64,000 bases of DNA, from contig QHUU01000063.1 of the NCBI GenBank assembly GCA_003222155.1, positions 4,794 through 68,793 of the forward strand, written 5' to 3'. The notes beneath the pieces were generated by a model, which was given only the letters and a program-made list of their open reading frames with translations, had not been told where the DNA came from and searched no databases. Both the position numbers and the translations under genes were made by a program. Positions 41,427-50,853 of this stretch are shown here, one piece after another. This DNA is from Gemmatimonadota bacterium. GTDB lineage: Bacteria; Gemmatimonadota; Gemmatimonadetes; Gemmatimonadales; GWC2-71-9. The first letter of the stretch is position 1. The number at the start of each line of letters is the position of its first letter.

Positions 41427-42524
41427 ATGAGCACGAAGCTCCCCGAGAAACGCCAAGTCGTCCGCTTCGCCTTCTACAAGCTCGACAGCGCGTGGCGCCG
41501 GCTCTCGGCCGAGCGGCAGGCGAGCGCCAAGCTCGAGTTCGGCGAGACGATCGAGAGCTTCGCCGGCCGGCTGCTGCTCCGCCCGTACGGGCTCGTCGGC
41601 ATCCGGGGGGACTGCGACTTCCTGTTGTGGCAGGTGGCGGAAGACCTGGATTCCCTGGTCGCGCTGCAGACCGCGCTCAACCGCACGGACCTGGGAGGCT
41701 ATCTCGCGGTCCCGTACAGCTACCTCGCGATGACGCGGCGGTCGATCTACGAGTTTCCCGAAGCGCCGGGAGGAGGTCAGCCGTCACGACTCGTGATCCG
41801 ACCGAGCGACGCGCGCTATCTGTTCGTGTACCCGTTCATCAAGACGCGGGGCTGGTACATGCTGCCCAAGGCCGAGCGGCAGGGCATGATGGACGAGCAC
41901 GTGCGCATCGGGCGCCAGTACCCGTCGATCCGGCTCAACACGACGTATTCGTATGGGCTCGACGACCAGGAGTTCATCGTCGCCTTCGAGGGCGACAACC
42001 CCGCCGACTTTCTCGACCTGGTGATGGAGCTGCGCGAGAGCAAGGCGTCGTCTTACACGCTGCGCGACACGCCGACGTTCACCTGCGTCCAGATGTCGCT
42101 GTGGGACATGCTGGACACCCTGGGGGGAGCGGGGTCGGCGCAAGCGGTGTCGCGCCGGCCCACCCGGGCGGACGGCTATACGCCGGTGGCGACGCTCGCC
42201 GATCTGCCGGCCGGCACGAGCCGGCGGGTGTACGTGGGCGGGGATGCGGTCGCGCTGTTCAACGTGAACGGCACCGTGCACGCCATCGCCAACCGCTGCA
42301 CCCATGCGCGCGCCAGCCTCTCCGAAGGCGTCGTCGACCCGGCACGCTGCGCGGTGACGTGCCCGTGGCACGAGGGCGTCTTTTCACTCGAGACGGGGCA
42401 GGTGCTGGGCGGGCCGCCGTCGCTGCCGGTCGCCACCTATCGGGTGAAGGTCGAGGGCGACACGGTCCTCATCGCTCCCCCCGGTCTGATCGACGCGCGC
42501 GAGCCGATTGCCCCTCGCTCCTGA
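41427..42524 (+). CDS. hemQ: Coproheme decarboxylase (HemQ/ChdC, chlorite-dismutase family) fused to a C-terminal Rieske [2Fe-2S] domain
   Basis: N-terminal ~250 aa have the Cld-family pattern (FAFYKLD..., LFVYPFIKTRGWYMLPKAERQGMMDEHVRIG, FIVAFEGDNPADFLDLVMELR). C-terminal ~110 aa carry the Rieske ligands CTHARASLSEG ... CPWHEGVFSL. Confidence 0.85.
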   Translation: MSTKLPEKRQVVRFAFYKLDSAWRRLSAERQASAKLEFGETIESFAGRLLLRPYGLVGIRGDCDFLLWQVAEDLDSLVALQTALNRTDLGGYLAVPYSYLAMTRRSIYEFPEAPGGGQPSRLVIRPSDARYLFVYPFIKTRGWYMLPKAERQGMMDEHVRIGRQYPSIRLNTTYSYGLDDQEFIVAFEGDNPADFLDLVMELRESKASSYTLRDTPTFTCVQMSLWDMLDTLGGAGSAQAVSRRPTRADGYTPVATLADLPAGTSRRVYVGGDAVALFNVNGTVHAIANRCTHARASLSEGVVDPARCAVTCPWHEGVFSLETGQVLGGPPSLPVATYRVKVEGDTVLIAPPGLIDAREPIAPRS

Positions 42525-43539
42525 CGACAGCCGCTTCCTCAAGGCGTGCCGCTCGGAGCCCACCGATGTGACGCCGGTGTGGTTCATGCGGCAGGCCGGC
42601 CGCTACCTGCCGGAATACCGCGCGTTGCGGCAGAAGCACTCGCTGCTCGAGCTGTGCCACAAGCCGGAGTTAGCGGCCCAGGTCACCTTGCAGCCGATCG
42701 AGCGCCTGGGTGTGGACGCGGCGATTCTGTTCGCCGACATCCTGCTGCCGTTCGAGCCGCTGGGGCTGGGCCTCACGTTCTCCGCGGGCGAGGGCCCGCA
42801 GATCACCCGCCCCGTGCGCGAGGCGGGCCAGGTGCTGGAGCTGGCGCCGGTGGACCCCGTCACCGACCTCGCCTACGTACTGGAGGCGGCGCGGCTCGCG
42901 GCGCGGGCACTGCCCCCCCATGTCCCGCTCATCGGCTTCGCCGGCGCGCCGTTCACGCTGGCGAGCTACGCGATCGAGGGCGGTGCCACGCGCAGCTTCG
43001 CCCTCACCAAGCGGTTCATGTACTCGGAGCCGCGCGCGTGGCACCAGCTGCTCGAGCGGCTCGCGGAGCTGGTCGGTGCCTATCTGGCCGCCCAGGCCGA
43101 CGCCGGGGCGCGCGCGCTGCAGCTGTTCGACAGCTGGGTGGGATGTCTCTCCCCGGCCGATTACGCGAACTATGTGTTCCCTCACAGCCAGCGGGCGCTC
43201 GAGCTGGCGGGCGCGTCGGGCGTGCCGGTGATCCATTTCGGGACCGATACCGCGGGATTGCTCGCGGACTTCGCCCGGGCGGGGGGCGACGTGATCGGCG
43301 TCGATTGGCGCGTCCCCCTGGACGTGGCGTGGGAGCGGATCGCCCCGGCCTCCATTCAGGGGAACCTCGATCCCGTGGCGCTGCTCGCCCCCCGCGTGGA
43401 GCTCGAGCGCCAGACGCGGGAGGTCCTCGCCCGCGCGGGCTCGAGGCCCGGACACATCTTCAACCTGGGCCACGGCGTGCTTCCCGAGACGCCGGTCGAG
43501 GCGCTCCAGGCGGTGGTGGAGTGGGTGCATGGCGGCTGA
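42508..43539 (+). CDS. hemE: Uroporphyrinogen decarboxylase
   Basis: PVWFMRQAGRYLPEYRALR N-terminal signature and ...IFNLGHGVLPETP near the C-terminus. Confidence 0.95.
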   Translation: MPLAPDDSRFLKACRSEPTDVTPVWFMRQAGRYLPEYRALRQKHSLLELCHKPELAAQVTLQPIERLGVDAAILFADILLPFEPLGLGLTFSAGEGPQITRPVREAGQVLELAPVDPVTDLAYVLEAARLAARALPPHVPLIGFAGAPFTLASYAIEGGATRSFALTKRFMYSEPRAWHQLLERLAELVGAYLAAQADAGARALQLFDSWVGCLSPADYANYVFPHSQRALELAGASGVPVIHFGTDTAGLLADFARAGGDVIGVDWRVPLDVAWERIAPASIQGNLDPVALLAPRVELERQTREVLARAGSRPGHIFNLGHGVLPETPVEALQAVVEWVHGG

Positions 43540-44449
43540 GGCGGAGGCCATCGCCGTCCTCCTCATGGCGTACGGCGGACCGGACAGCCTGGACGACGTC
43601 GAGCCCTATCTGCTCGACGTGCGCGGCGGCCGGCCGGTGAGCCCGGAGTTCACGGCGGAGATCAAGGCGCGCTATGCCCGGATCGGCGGTCGCTCGCCGA
43701 TTCGCGAGCTCACGGAGGCGCAGGCGGCGGGTGTCCAGCGGCTGCTGGGCGACCGCTTCGCTGTGCGCGTCGGCATGCGTCACTGGCATCCCTACATCGC
43801 CGACGCCGTCGAGCGGATGGTCGCGGCGGGCCAGCGCCGCCTGGTGGGCATCGCGCTGGCGCCGCACTACTCGTCGATGTCGGTCGGCGCCTATCAGAAA
43901 AAGCTGCTCGCCGCCACCGCCGGGCGGCTCGATGTCGCGCTGGTACGGAGCTGGGGCGAGCACACGAAGTTCCTCACCGCTGTAGCCGGTCGGTTGACGC
44001 AGGCGTTGGCGCGGTTCCCGTCTCCCGCCGCGGTGCAGGTGCTCTTCACCGCGCACAGCCTGCCCCAGCGGATTCTGGCAGCCGGTGATCCCTATCCCTC
44101 CGAGTTGCGGGCCAGCGCCGCGGCGGTGGCGCAGCGGGCCGGACTCACGGCGTGGCACTTCGCCTACCAGAGCGCCGGCGCCACCGCGGAGCCATGGCTC
44201 GGGCCGGAGGCGGGCGCCCTGATGACGGATCTCGCCGGCAAGGGCCATCAGGCGTTTCTGATCGTTCCCATCGGGTTCGTGTGCGATCACGTCGAGGTGC
44301 TGTACGACGTGGACGTCGTGTACCGGGAGCTCGCCGGGCGCCTGGGCGTGCGTCTCGAGCGCACGGCCTCCCTCAACGACGACCCGCTGCTCGTGGGCGC
44401 GATCGCGGAGATCGCCCGCGATGCGGCCGCCGGCCGGGGATGGCTGTGA
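43529..44449 (+). CDS. hemH: Ferrochelatase (coproporphyrin ferrochelatase type by context)
   Basis: AVLLMAYGGPDSLDDVEPYL, FTAHSLPQRI and PIGFVCDHVEVLYDVD motifs. Confidence 0.9.
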   Translation: MAAEAEAIAVLLMAYGGPDSLDDVEPYLLDVRGGRPVSPEFTAEIKARYARIGGRSPIRELTEAQAAGVQRLLGDRFAVRVGMRHWHPYIADAVERMVAAGQRRLVGIALAPHYSSMSVGAYQKKLLAATAGRLDVALVRSWGEHTKFLTAVAGRLTQALARFPSPAAVQVLFTAHSLPQRILAAGDPYPSELRASAAAVAQRAGLTAWHFAYQSAGATAEPWLGPEAGALMTDLAGKGHQAFLIVPIGFVCDHVEVLYDVDVVYRELAGRLGVRLERTASLNDDPLLVGAIAEIARDAAAGRGWL

Positions 44450-45513
44450 GCGCCACGGTGGCGGTCGCGGGCGCGGGCCTGGCGGGCCTCTCGGCGGCAT
44501 GGGAGCTGTCGGGGGCGGGAGCGACCGTCGTGGTGCTCGACGCGGGGCGACGCTCGGGCGGAGTAGTCGTGACGGAGCTGCGCGACGGCTTCGTGGTCGA
44601 AGCCGGGCCCGATGGATTCCTCGCGGCCGAGCCGGACATCCAGGAGCTGGCGCGCGAGGCCGGCATCGGCGGGCGACTGGTCGATCAACTCACCAGCGGG
44701 TCGTCGTTATGGACCGGGCGGCGGATGGAGCCCCTGGCCGAGGGACAGGCGGCCGCGCTGCTCGGCATCCAGGGGGTGACGCAGTCCGCGATGGACTGCG
44801 GGTTCCGGAGCTTCGCCACCGGCATGGCGGACCTCGTGGAGGCACTGGTCGCCCGGGTGGGTCCGGCGATCCGACCGGCCCAGGGCGTGACCGGCCTCGC
44901 GCCCGCGACGCGAGGTTGGCGACTCTCGCTGGGCGGCGGCTCCACGCTCGAAGCGGAGGCCGTCATCCTCGCGCTGCCGGCGTGGGTAGCGGCGCGACTC
45001 GTGGCGGCGGCCGGCGTCCCGGCCGCGCGGCGACTCGATGACGTGATTTATTATCCGACCACGACGGTGTCGCTCGCGTACCGGGGCGATCAACTCGCGA
45101 CGCCGCTCGCCGGGACGGGATTCGTGTCGGCCGGAGAGTGGGCGGGCGTCGTGCGCGCCTGCTCGTACTCATGGCTCAAGTATCCCGGTCGCGCGCCGCC
45201 CGGCCACGCCCTGCTGCGCGCGTTCGTCGGCCCCCTGGACGACGGTCCCGCCGCGGCCGCTCATGCGGAACTCGCCAGCATCTTGGGAATCAAGGGGCTC
45301 CCGCTGTGGAGTCGCGCGTTCACGTGGCCGCGGGGTCTGCCGCGCTATAAGCCGGGCCACGCCGGGCACGTGGCCGCGGTGCGCGAACGTCTGGCCCGGC
45401 TGCCACCGCTGGCGATCGCAGGCGCGGGGTTCGATGGGGCGGGAGTGTCGGCGTGCGTCAAGTCGGGAAGAGCGGCTGCGCGGCAGGTGATGGAGCGGCT
45501 GGGGCGTGCGTAG
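44440..45513 (+). CDS. hemY: Copro-/protoporphyrinogen oxidase, HemY type (FAD)
   Basis: Dinucleotide fold VAVAGAGLAGLSAAWEL, and a C-terminal AGAGFDGAGVSACVKSG. Overlaps the hemH stop. Confidence 0.85.
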   Translation: MAVSATVAVAGAGLAGLSAAWELSGAGATVVVLDAGRRSGGVVVTELRDGFVVEAGPDGFLAAEPDIQELAREAGIGGRLVDQLTSGSSLWTGRRMEPLAEGQAAALLGIQGVTQSAMDCGFRSFATGMADLVEALVARVGPAIRPAQGVTGLAPATRGWRLSLGGGSTLEAEAVILALPAWVAARLVAAAGVPAARRLDDVIYYPTTTVSLAYRGDQLATPLAGTGFVSAGEWAGVVRACSYSWLKYPGRAPPGHALLRAFVGPLDDGPAAAAHAELASILGIKGLPLWSRAFTWPRGLPRYKPGHAGHVAAVRERLARLPPLAIAGAGFDGAGVSACVKSGRAAARQVMERLGRA

Positions 45514-45521
45514 GGGCACGA

Positions 45522-45545
45522 CTGACCCCGGGCGCAAGCCCGGGG
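45522..45545. repeat. Palindromic REP-like element, family A copy 3 (reverse orientation)
   Basis: CTGACCCCGGGC GCAA GCCCGGGG between the convergent hemY and tkt genes. It is the reverse complement of the 25993 copy. Confidence 0.7.
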
Positions 45546-45546
45546 A

Positions 45547-47577
45547 TCACGTCAAGAGGGCCTTCGCTGTGCGCACCACATTCTCCACCGTCAACCCGAA
45601 CTCCTGATAGATCCGCTGATACGGGGCCGACGCCCCGAAGCGCTCGATACCCATCACCACGCCGCGCTCGCTCACCCAGCGGTACCACGGCTGCGGGCTC
45701 GCGGCCTCGACGGCTACGCGCGCCCCGACGCCCGGCGGGATCACCGCGTCGCGGTACTCCTGCGGCTGCCGCGCGAACAGCTCCATGCACGGCATGCTCA
45801 CCGCGCGCGCCGCGACTCCATCGGCCGTGAGACGCTCCCAGGCGCCCAACACCAACTCCACCTCCGAGCCAGTGCCGATGAGCACCAGGGCGGGCTTGCC
45901 GGCCGGTGCGTCCGCCAACACGTACGCGCCCAGTCTCAGCCCGTTGGCGGGGGCGTAGCGGGTGCGGTCGATCACCCCGAGCTTCTGACGCGTGAGCACG
46001 AGCGCCACCGGGCCGCTCTGGTGGCGGATGGCGGCGCGCCACGCCTCGACGGTCTCCGTCGCATCCGCCGGCCTGATCACGATGAGATCGGGGACAGCAC
46101 GCAACGATGCGATCTGCTCGATCGGCTGGTGCGTCGGGCCGTCCTCGCCGAGCCCGATCGAATCGTGGCTGAAGACGTAGATCACCGGGAGTCGGCACAG
46201 CGCCGCGAGTCGGATCGGCGGTCGCATGTAATCGGAGAAGATCAGGAAGGTCGATCCCACGGGCCGCACGCCGCCGTGCAGGGCCAGCCCGTTCATGATG
46301 GCGCCCATGGCGTGCTCGCGGACGCCGAAGTGCACGTTGCGCGCCCCCCAGCTCCCCGCCCCCACGTCGCCGCCGTTCTTGACCACGACGTTCGTAGAAC
46401 CGGCGAGATCGGCCGACCCGCCCATCAGCTCCGGGAGCTTCGCCGCGAGGGCGTTCAGCAACTTCCCCGACGCGGCGCGCGTGGCCTGCGCGTCCTTGGG
46501 CGTGAACTCGGGCAGGCCGTCGTCCCAACCGACCGGGAGCCGGCCCGCGAGGCGCCGCTCGAGCTCGGCGGCGAGGTCGGGGTGGGCCTTACGGTAGGCG
46601 TCGTACTTCCCCTGCCACTCGGCTTCGAGCCGCGCTCCCCGCTCACCGGCGCGGCGCCACTGCGCCAGCGCTTCCTCGGGGACATGGAATGGCTCGAGGC
46701 TGGGCCAGCCCAAGTTTTGCTTCGTGAGCCGGACCTCTTCCGCGCCGAGCGGAGCGCCGTGGGCCTCCGCGGTGTCCTGCTTGTGCGGGCTGCCGTAGGC
46801 GATGTGGGTGCGCACGATCACGAGCGACGGCCGGTCGGTGACGCGGCGCGCCGCGGCGAGCGCCGCGTCGAGCGCGCCGAGATCGTTGCCGTCCGCCACG
46901 CGCTCCACGTGCCAGCCGTAGCTCTCGAACCGTTTGGCCGTATCGTCCGAGAACGTGAGGTCGGACTTGCCGTCGATGGTGATGCGATTGTCGTCGTACA
47001 TCCCGATCAGACGGCCCAGCTTCAGGTGACCGGCGAGCGAGCAGGCCTCGTGCGAGACGCCCTCCATCAGGTCGCCGTCGGACGCGAGGAAGTAGGTGCA
47101 GTGATCGACGACGGCGTGGCCCGGGCGATTGAACAGCTGCGCGAGGTGGGCCTCCGCGAGCGCCATCCCCACGGCGTTCCCGACGCCCTGACCGAGCGGG
47201 CCGGTGGTGGCCTCGACGCCCGGCGTGAGCCCGTGCTCGGAGTGCCCGGGCGTCCGGCTTCCCCACTGGCGGAACTGCTTGAGGTCGTCGAGCGACAGGT
47301 CGTAGCCGGTGAGGTACAGCACCCCGTAGAGCAAAATGCAGGCGTGACCCGCCGACAAGACGAAGCGATCGCGCCCCAACCAGTCCGGGTGGGCGGGATG
47401 ATACCGCAGGTGGCGTTGCCACAGCACATACGCGAGCGGCGCCAGCGCCATGGCGGTACCCGCGTGGCCGGAGTCCGCCTGTTGCACCGCATCCATGGCG
47501 AGGGTGCGGACGGCGTTGATGCAAAGCTGGTCGAGGGAACTGCTGCGCGCGGTCGGGGGAGGGGGGAGCGAGGTCAC
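45547..47577 (-). CDS. tkt: Transketolase
   Basis: [18 protein letters not shown], thiamine diphosphate-binding [13 protein letters not shown], and ...[11 protein letters not shown]. The GTG at 47577 overlaps the upstream stop (GTGA); the ORF-track start at 47604 is also possible. Confidence 0.95.
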   Translation of the reverse strand: MTSLPPPPTARSSSLDQLCINAVRTLAMDAVQQADSGHAGTAMALAPLAYVLWQRHLRYHPAHPDWLGRDRFVLSAGHACILLYGVLYLTGYDLSLDDLKQFRQWGSRTPGHSEHGLTPGVEATTGPLGQGVGNAVGMALAEAHLAQLFNRPGHAVVDHCTYFLASDGDLMEGVSHEACSLAGHLKLGRLIGMYDDNRITIDGKSDLTFSDDTAKRFESYGWHVERVADGNDLGALDAALAAARRVTDRPSLVIVRTHIAYGSPHKQDTAEAHGAPLGAEEVRLTKQNLGWPSLEPFHVPEEALAQWRRAGERGARLEAEWQGKYDAYRKAHPDLAAELERRLAGRLPVGWDDGLPEFTPKDAQATRAASGKLLNALAAKLPELMGGSADLAGSTNVVVKNGGDVGAGSWGARNVHFGVREHAMGAIMNGLALHGGVRPVGSTFLIFSDYMRPPIRLAALCRLPVIYVFSHDSIGLGEDGPTHQPIEQIASLRAVPDLIVIRPADATETVEAWRAAIRHQSGPVALVLTRQKLGVIDRTRYAPANGLRLGAYVLADAPAGKPALVLIGTGSEVELVLGAWERLTADGVAARAVSMPCMELFARQPQEYRDAVIPPGVGARVAVEAASPQPWYRWVSERGVVMGIERFGASAPYQRIYQEFGLTVENVVRTAKALLT

Positions 47578-47894
47578 AACAGGCCCGATTTCGAGGCCTG
47601 CCACAGGTGCATGAGTCGATCGAAGCCGTTCACGAGCAGGTCCACCTGCTGCGGACTGGGGCTCGCCTTGGCGGCGGTCTTGAGCTCCGCGCAGATACGC
47701 GGCATCTCCTTACGGCCCTGCTTGGTCCCCTCGGCGGCGATCTGGTCGAGGATGACGACGATCCGCTCCCGCGCCGCTTCGTCCTTGGGAACCTGCCAGA
47801 GGTAGTCCGCGAGCTGCTTGCCCTCGCTGCACAGCTTGCCGAGGGCGTCGAGCAGGGGCGGCTGCGCGCGGCGCGGGGCGTTGGAATCGCTCAT
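47574..47894 (-). CDS. Hypothetical helical protein, translationally coupled to tkt
   Basis: 106 aa with no recognisable motif. GC3-rich codons. Confidence 0.45.
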   Translation of the reverse strand: MSDSNAPRRAQPPLLDALGKLCSEGKQLADYLWQVPKDEAARERIVVILDQIAAEGTKQGRKEMPRICAELKTAAKASPSPQQVDLLVNGFDRLMHLWQASKSGLL

Positions 47895-47971
47895 GGGAGT
47901 CCAATTATACCAAGAAACCGGCGAAACGTGCGGTTGCCCGAACTCCGAGCGGCCTCTAGCTTGCGGTCTCG

Positions 47972-48694
47972 ATGAACCAGTTGCGCGAGCTGTGGCGGGC
48001 CTTCCATCGGTGGGCCAAGGGGTGGGACACGTCCGTCGTGGTGGCGGTGCTCATCTGGATCGTGCTGCGCTCCTACCTGATCGAGGCGTTCCGCATTCCC
48101 TCGGCGAGCATGGAGAACACGCTGCTCGTCGGCGACTTCCTGTTCGTCAACAAGGCGATCTACGGCGGCGAGCTGGAGATTCCCGGGACGGGGATCCGGT
48201 TGCTGCGCGTTCCGGGCTACGCCGAGCCCCAGCGTGGTGGCATTGTCGTGTTCCGCTCGGTCGAGGACTCGACGCCCAACCTGAACATCGTGAAACGGGT
48301 GATCGGCGCGGGGGGGGACACCCTGCGGATGATGCACGACACGGTGTACCGCAACGGCACGCGGCTCGACGAGCCTTACGCGCTCCATCTCGCGGGCGGG
48401 AGCGAGGCCGATCCCGGCTTCCGGCTGCAGCAGATGCGCGCGTGGCAGCTGCGGTACTACATCGGTCGCGATTCGGCGCACTACCACCCCACGACGCATG
48501 ACTGGGGTCCAGTGGTGGTGACGGCGGGGCATTTCTTCGTGATGGGCGACAACCGCGACGAGTCCTACGACAGCCGTTTCTGGGGATTCCTGCCGCGGGC
48601 GCACGTCGTGGGGAAGCCGCTCATCATCTATCTCAGCGTAGCGACGGACCCGCTGCGGATCCGCTGGAACCGGATGCTGCGCCGGCCGAGGTGA
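47972..48694 (+). CDS. lepB: Signal peptidase I
   Basis: Catalytic Ser box PSASMENTLLVGDFLFVNK, Lys box KRVIGAGGD, and GDNRDESYDSRFWGFL. Confidence 0.9.
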   Translation: MNQLRELWRAFHRWAKGWDTSVVVAVLIWIVLRSYLIEAFRIPSASMENTLLVGDFLFVNKAIYGGELEIPGTGIRLLRVPGYAEPQRGGIVVFRSVEDSTPNLNIVKRVIGAGGDTLRMMHDTVYRNGTRLDEPYALHLAGGSEADPGFRLQQMRAWQLRYYIGRDSAHYHPTTHDWGPVVVTAGHFFVMGDNRDESYDSRFWGFLPRAHVVGKPLIIYLSVATDPLRIRWNRMLRRPR

Positions 48695-48698
48695 GGGC

Positions 48699-50828
48699 AT
48701 GACCGGGCCGGTGAGTCTCGAGCGAGCCGTGGCGCTCGCCGCGCTCTGCAGCGCATGGTCCGTTGCGGGCGCGGCCCAGCAGCGCGACACGACCGCGCGT
48801 CCGGCCGACAGCCTCAAGGTGTACACGCTGCCGCCCGCGGTCGTGTCCGTCACGCGCGCCAACCCCCCGATCAACAAAGTTCCCCAGGCCGTGCAGCTGG
48901 TCGAAAAGACCGAGATCAGCCGCGCTCGACCTACGTGGGGTCTCGACGAGGCCCTCGTCTCGGTGCCGGGCGTGTACGCCGCGAACCGCTACAACTTTTC
49001 GCTCGATCAGCGCATCTCGATCCGCGGGTTCGGGGCACGCTCGGCGTTCGCCGTCCGCGGGATCAAGGTGCTCGTCGACGGGATTCCACAGACCCTGCCC
49101 GACGGCCAGGGCCAGCTCACCAATCTGGAGCTCGGCGCCGCCGACCGGATCGAGATCCTGCGTGGGTCCGCGTCGGCCCTGTTCGGGAACGCCGCAGGCG
49201 GGGTGATCAGCATCTGGAGCGATCCGACCGCGCCCCAGAGCGTCCGCCAGGATGTGCGCGTGCTGTTCGGCACGTTCGACCGCCACCTGGATCGCAACTG
49301 GAGCAAGTGGCAGGCGACCACGGCGTTCCCGATCGGCGTGGGGAGCGGGCTGGTGACCGTGTCGCGGCTGGACTACACGGGTCAGCGGCAGCACTCCGGC
49401 GCCGACTTCCGCAATCTCAACTCGCGCTGGCACTTTCCGCTGGCGCACGGCTGGTCGTTCGCCGCCACGGCCGACGTGGGGTGGGACCCGCGTGCCGACA
49501 ACCCGGGCGCGCTCACGGCCGCCGAGCTGGCCAGGAACCCCGATTCCGCGGCGGCCATCAACATCACCCGTGTGGCCGGAAAAGACGTGACGCAGGGGCA
49601 GGGGGGCGTGACCGTGCGACGAGAGTTCCCCGGAGGAGGCGACGCCTCGTTGACGGTCTTCGGCGTCGCGCGCAGCCTCAAGAACCCGACCACCTTCGCA
49701 TACATCGACCTCGACCGGCTCGACTATGGCGCTCGGTTCGCGGTCAGCCGGCCGCTCCCGCTCGGCTCCCTCGAGCAGCGGCTCACGGCCGGCATCGACT
49801 TCCAGCGCCAGCGCGACGACCGCAAGAACTTCCGTAATAATGCCGGCCAGGTCGACACGACGGTACGCACCCTCGACCAGCTCGAGCACGTGACCGAGAT
49901 CGGCCCGTTCGTACAGAGCGCGCTGGAGGTCGCCGGCCACGTCTCGGTCACGGGCGGGCTGCGCTACGACTGGGTGACCTTTCGAGCGGACGATCGCCTG
50001 ATCACGGCCACCAATCCCGACGACTCGGGCCGCCGCCTGATGAATGCGCTGTCGGGCTCGGTCGGGGTCGCGATCACGCCCTCCGACGCGACGACCGTGT
50101 ACGGCAACATCGGAACCTCGTTCGAGACGCCCACCACGACCGAGCTCACCAACCGGCCGAGCGGCGCCGGCGGCTTCAACCCGTCGCTCGGGCCGCAGCA
50201 GGCGACGAACTACGAGATCGGCGTGCGCGGCGACGTCCGGGGACGCTTGAACTACTCCGTGGCCTTGTTCGACGCCGAGGTGCGGGGCGAGCTCATTCCG
50301 TTCCCGGTGCCCGCCGACACGAATGGCCGCGTCTACTTCCAGAACGCCGGCACGTCCCGCCATCGCGGTGTCGAGCTGAGCAGCGCGCTGGAGCTCGCGG
50401 CGGGGTTGCGTCTCACGACGGCGTGGACGTATTCGGACTTCCGCTACACCCGCTACTCGATCGGCGCGCGGACGGTGGACGGCCGACCGCTGCCCGGGAT
50501 CCCGCAGCACTGGCTGCACTTCGTGCTGGCGGCGCATCCAGCGTTCGCGCCCGGTGGTTGGGCCGAGGTGGAGGAGACGCACTCATCGGGTTATTTCGTC
50601 AACGATACCCTCAACACGGCCACCGGCGCGTGGTGGACCACCAACGTACGACTGGGCTGGAGCGGGACGGCGGGGAGCGTGCGGCTCACCCCGTTCGTGG
50701 GCTTCAACAACGTGTTCAACCGGGCCTATGTCGGGTCGGTGGTTATCAACGCGGCCGCGGGGCGCTATTATGAGCCCGCTCCCGGCCGCAACATGTACGT
50801 CGGATTTTCGCTCGGAGCAGGGGAGTAG
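48699..50828 (+). CDS. TonB-dependent outer-membrane receptor
   Basis: Signal peptide and plug domain (ISIRGFGARSAFAVRGIKVLVDGIPQTLPDGQGQ..IEILRGSASALFGNAAGGVI), followed by a 22-strand-type barrel. Confidence 0.9.
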   Translation: MTGPVSLERAVALAALCSAWSVAGAAQQRDTTARPADSLKVYTLPPAVVSVTRANPPINKVPQAVQLVEKTEISRARPTWGLDEALVSVPGVYAANRYNFSLDQRISIRGFGARSAFAVRGIKVLVDGIPQTLPDGQGQLTNLELGAADRIEILRGSASALFGNAAGGVISIWSDPTAPQSVRQDVRVLFGTFDRHLDRNWSKWQATTAFPIGVGSGLVTVSRLDYTGQRQHSGADFRNLNSRWHFPLAHGWSFAATADVGWDPRADNPGALTAAELARNPDSAAAINITRVAGKDVTQGQGGVTVRREFPGGGDASLTVFGVARSLKNPTTFAYIDLDRLDYGARFAVSRPLPLGSLEQRLTAGIDFQRQRDDRKNFRNNAGQVDTTVRTLDQLEHVTEIGPFVQSALEVAGHVSVTGGLRYDWVTFRADDRLITATNPDDSGRRLMNALSGSVGVAITPSDATTVYGNIGTSFETPTTTELTNRPSGAGGFNPSLGPQQATNYEIGVRGDVRGRLNYSVALFDAEVRGELIPFPVPADTNGRVYFQNAGTSRHRGVELSSALELAAGLRLTTAWTYSDFRYTRYSIGARTVDGRPLPGIPQHWLHFVLAAHPAFAPGGWAEVEETHSSGYFVNDTLNTATGAWWTTNVRLGWSGTAGSVRLTPFVGFNNVFNRAYVGSVVINAAAGRYYEPAPGRNMYVGFSLGAGE

Positions 50829-50853
50829 ACGTCGTCCTTCAACGGAGGTGGGT

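Noticed and set aside
46021-47805. 594-aa plus-strand ORF, together with similar ORFs at 48633-50582 (minus), 55656-57542 (plus) and 60140-61957 (minus)
   Set aside because: Each is antisense to a gene with strong family motifs (tkt, the TonB receptor, the MCP, the kinase).
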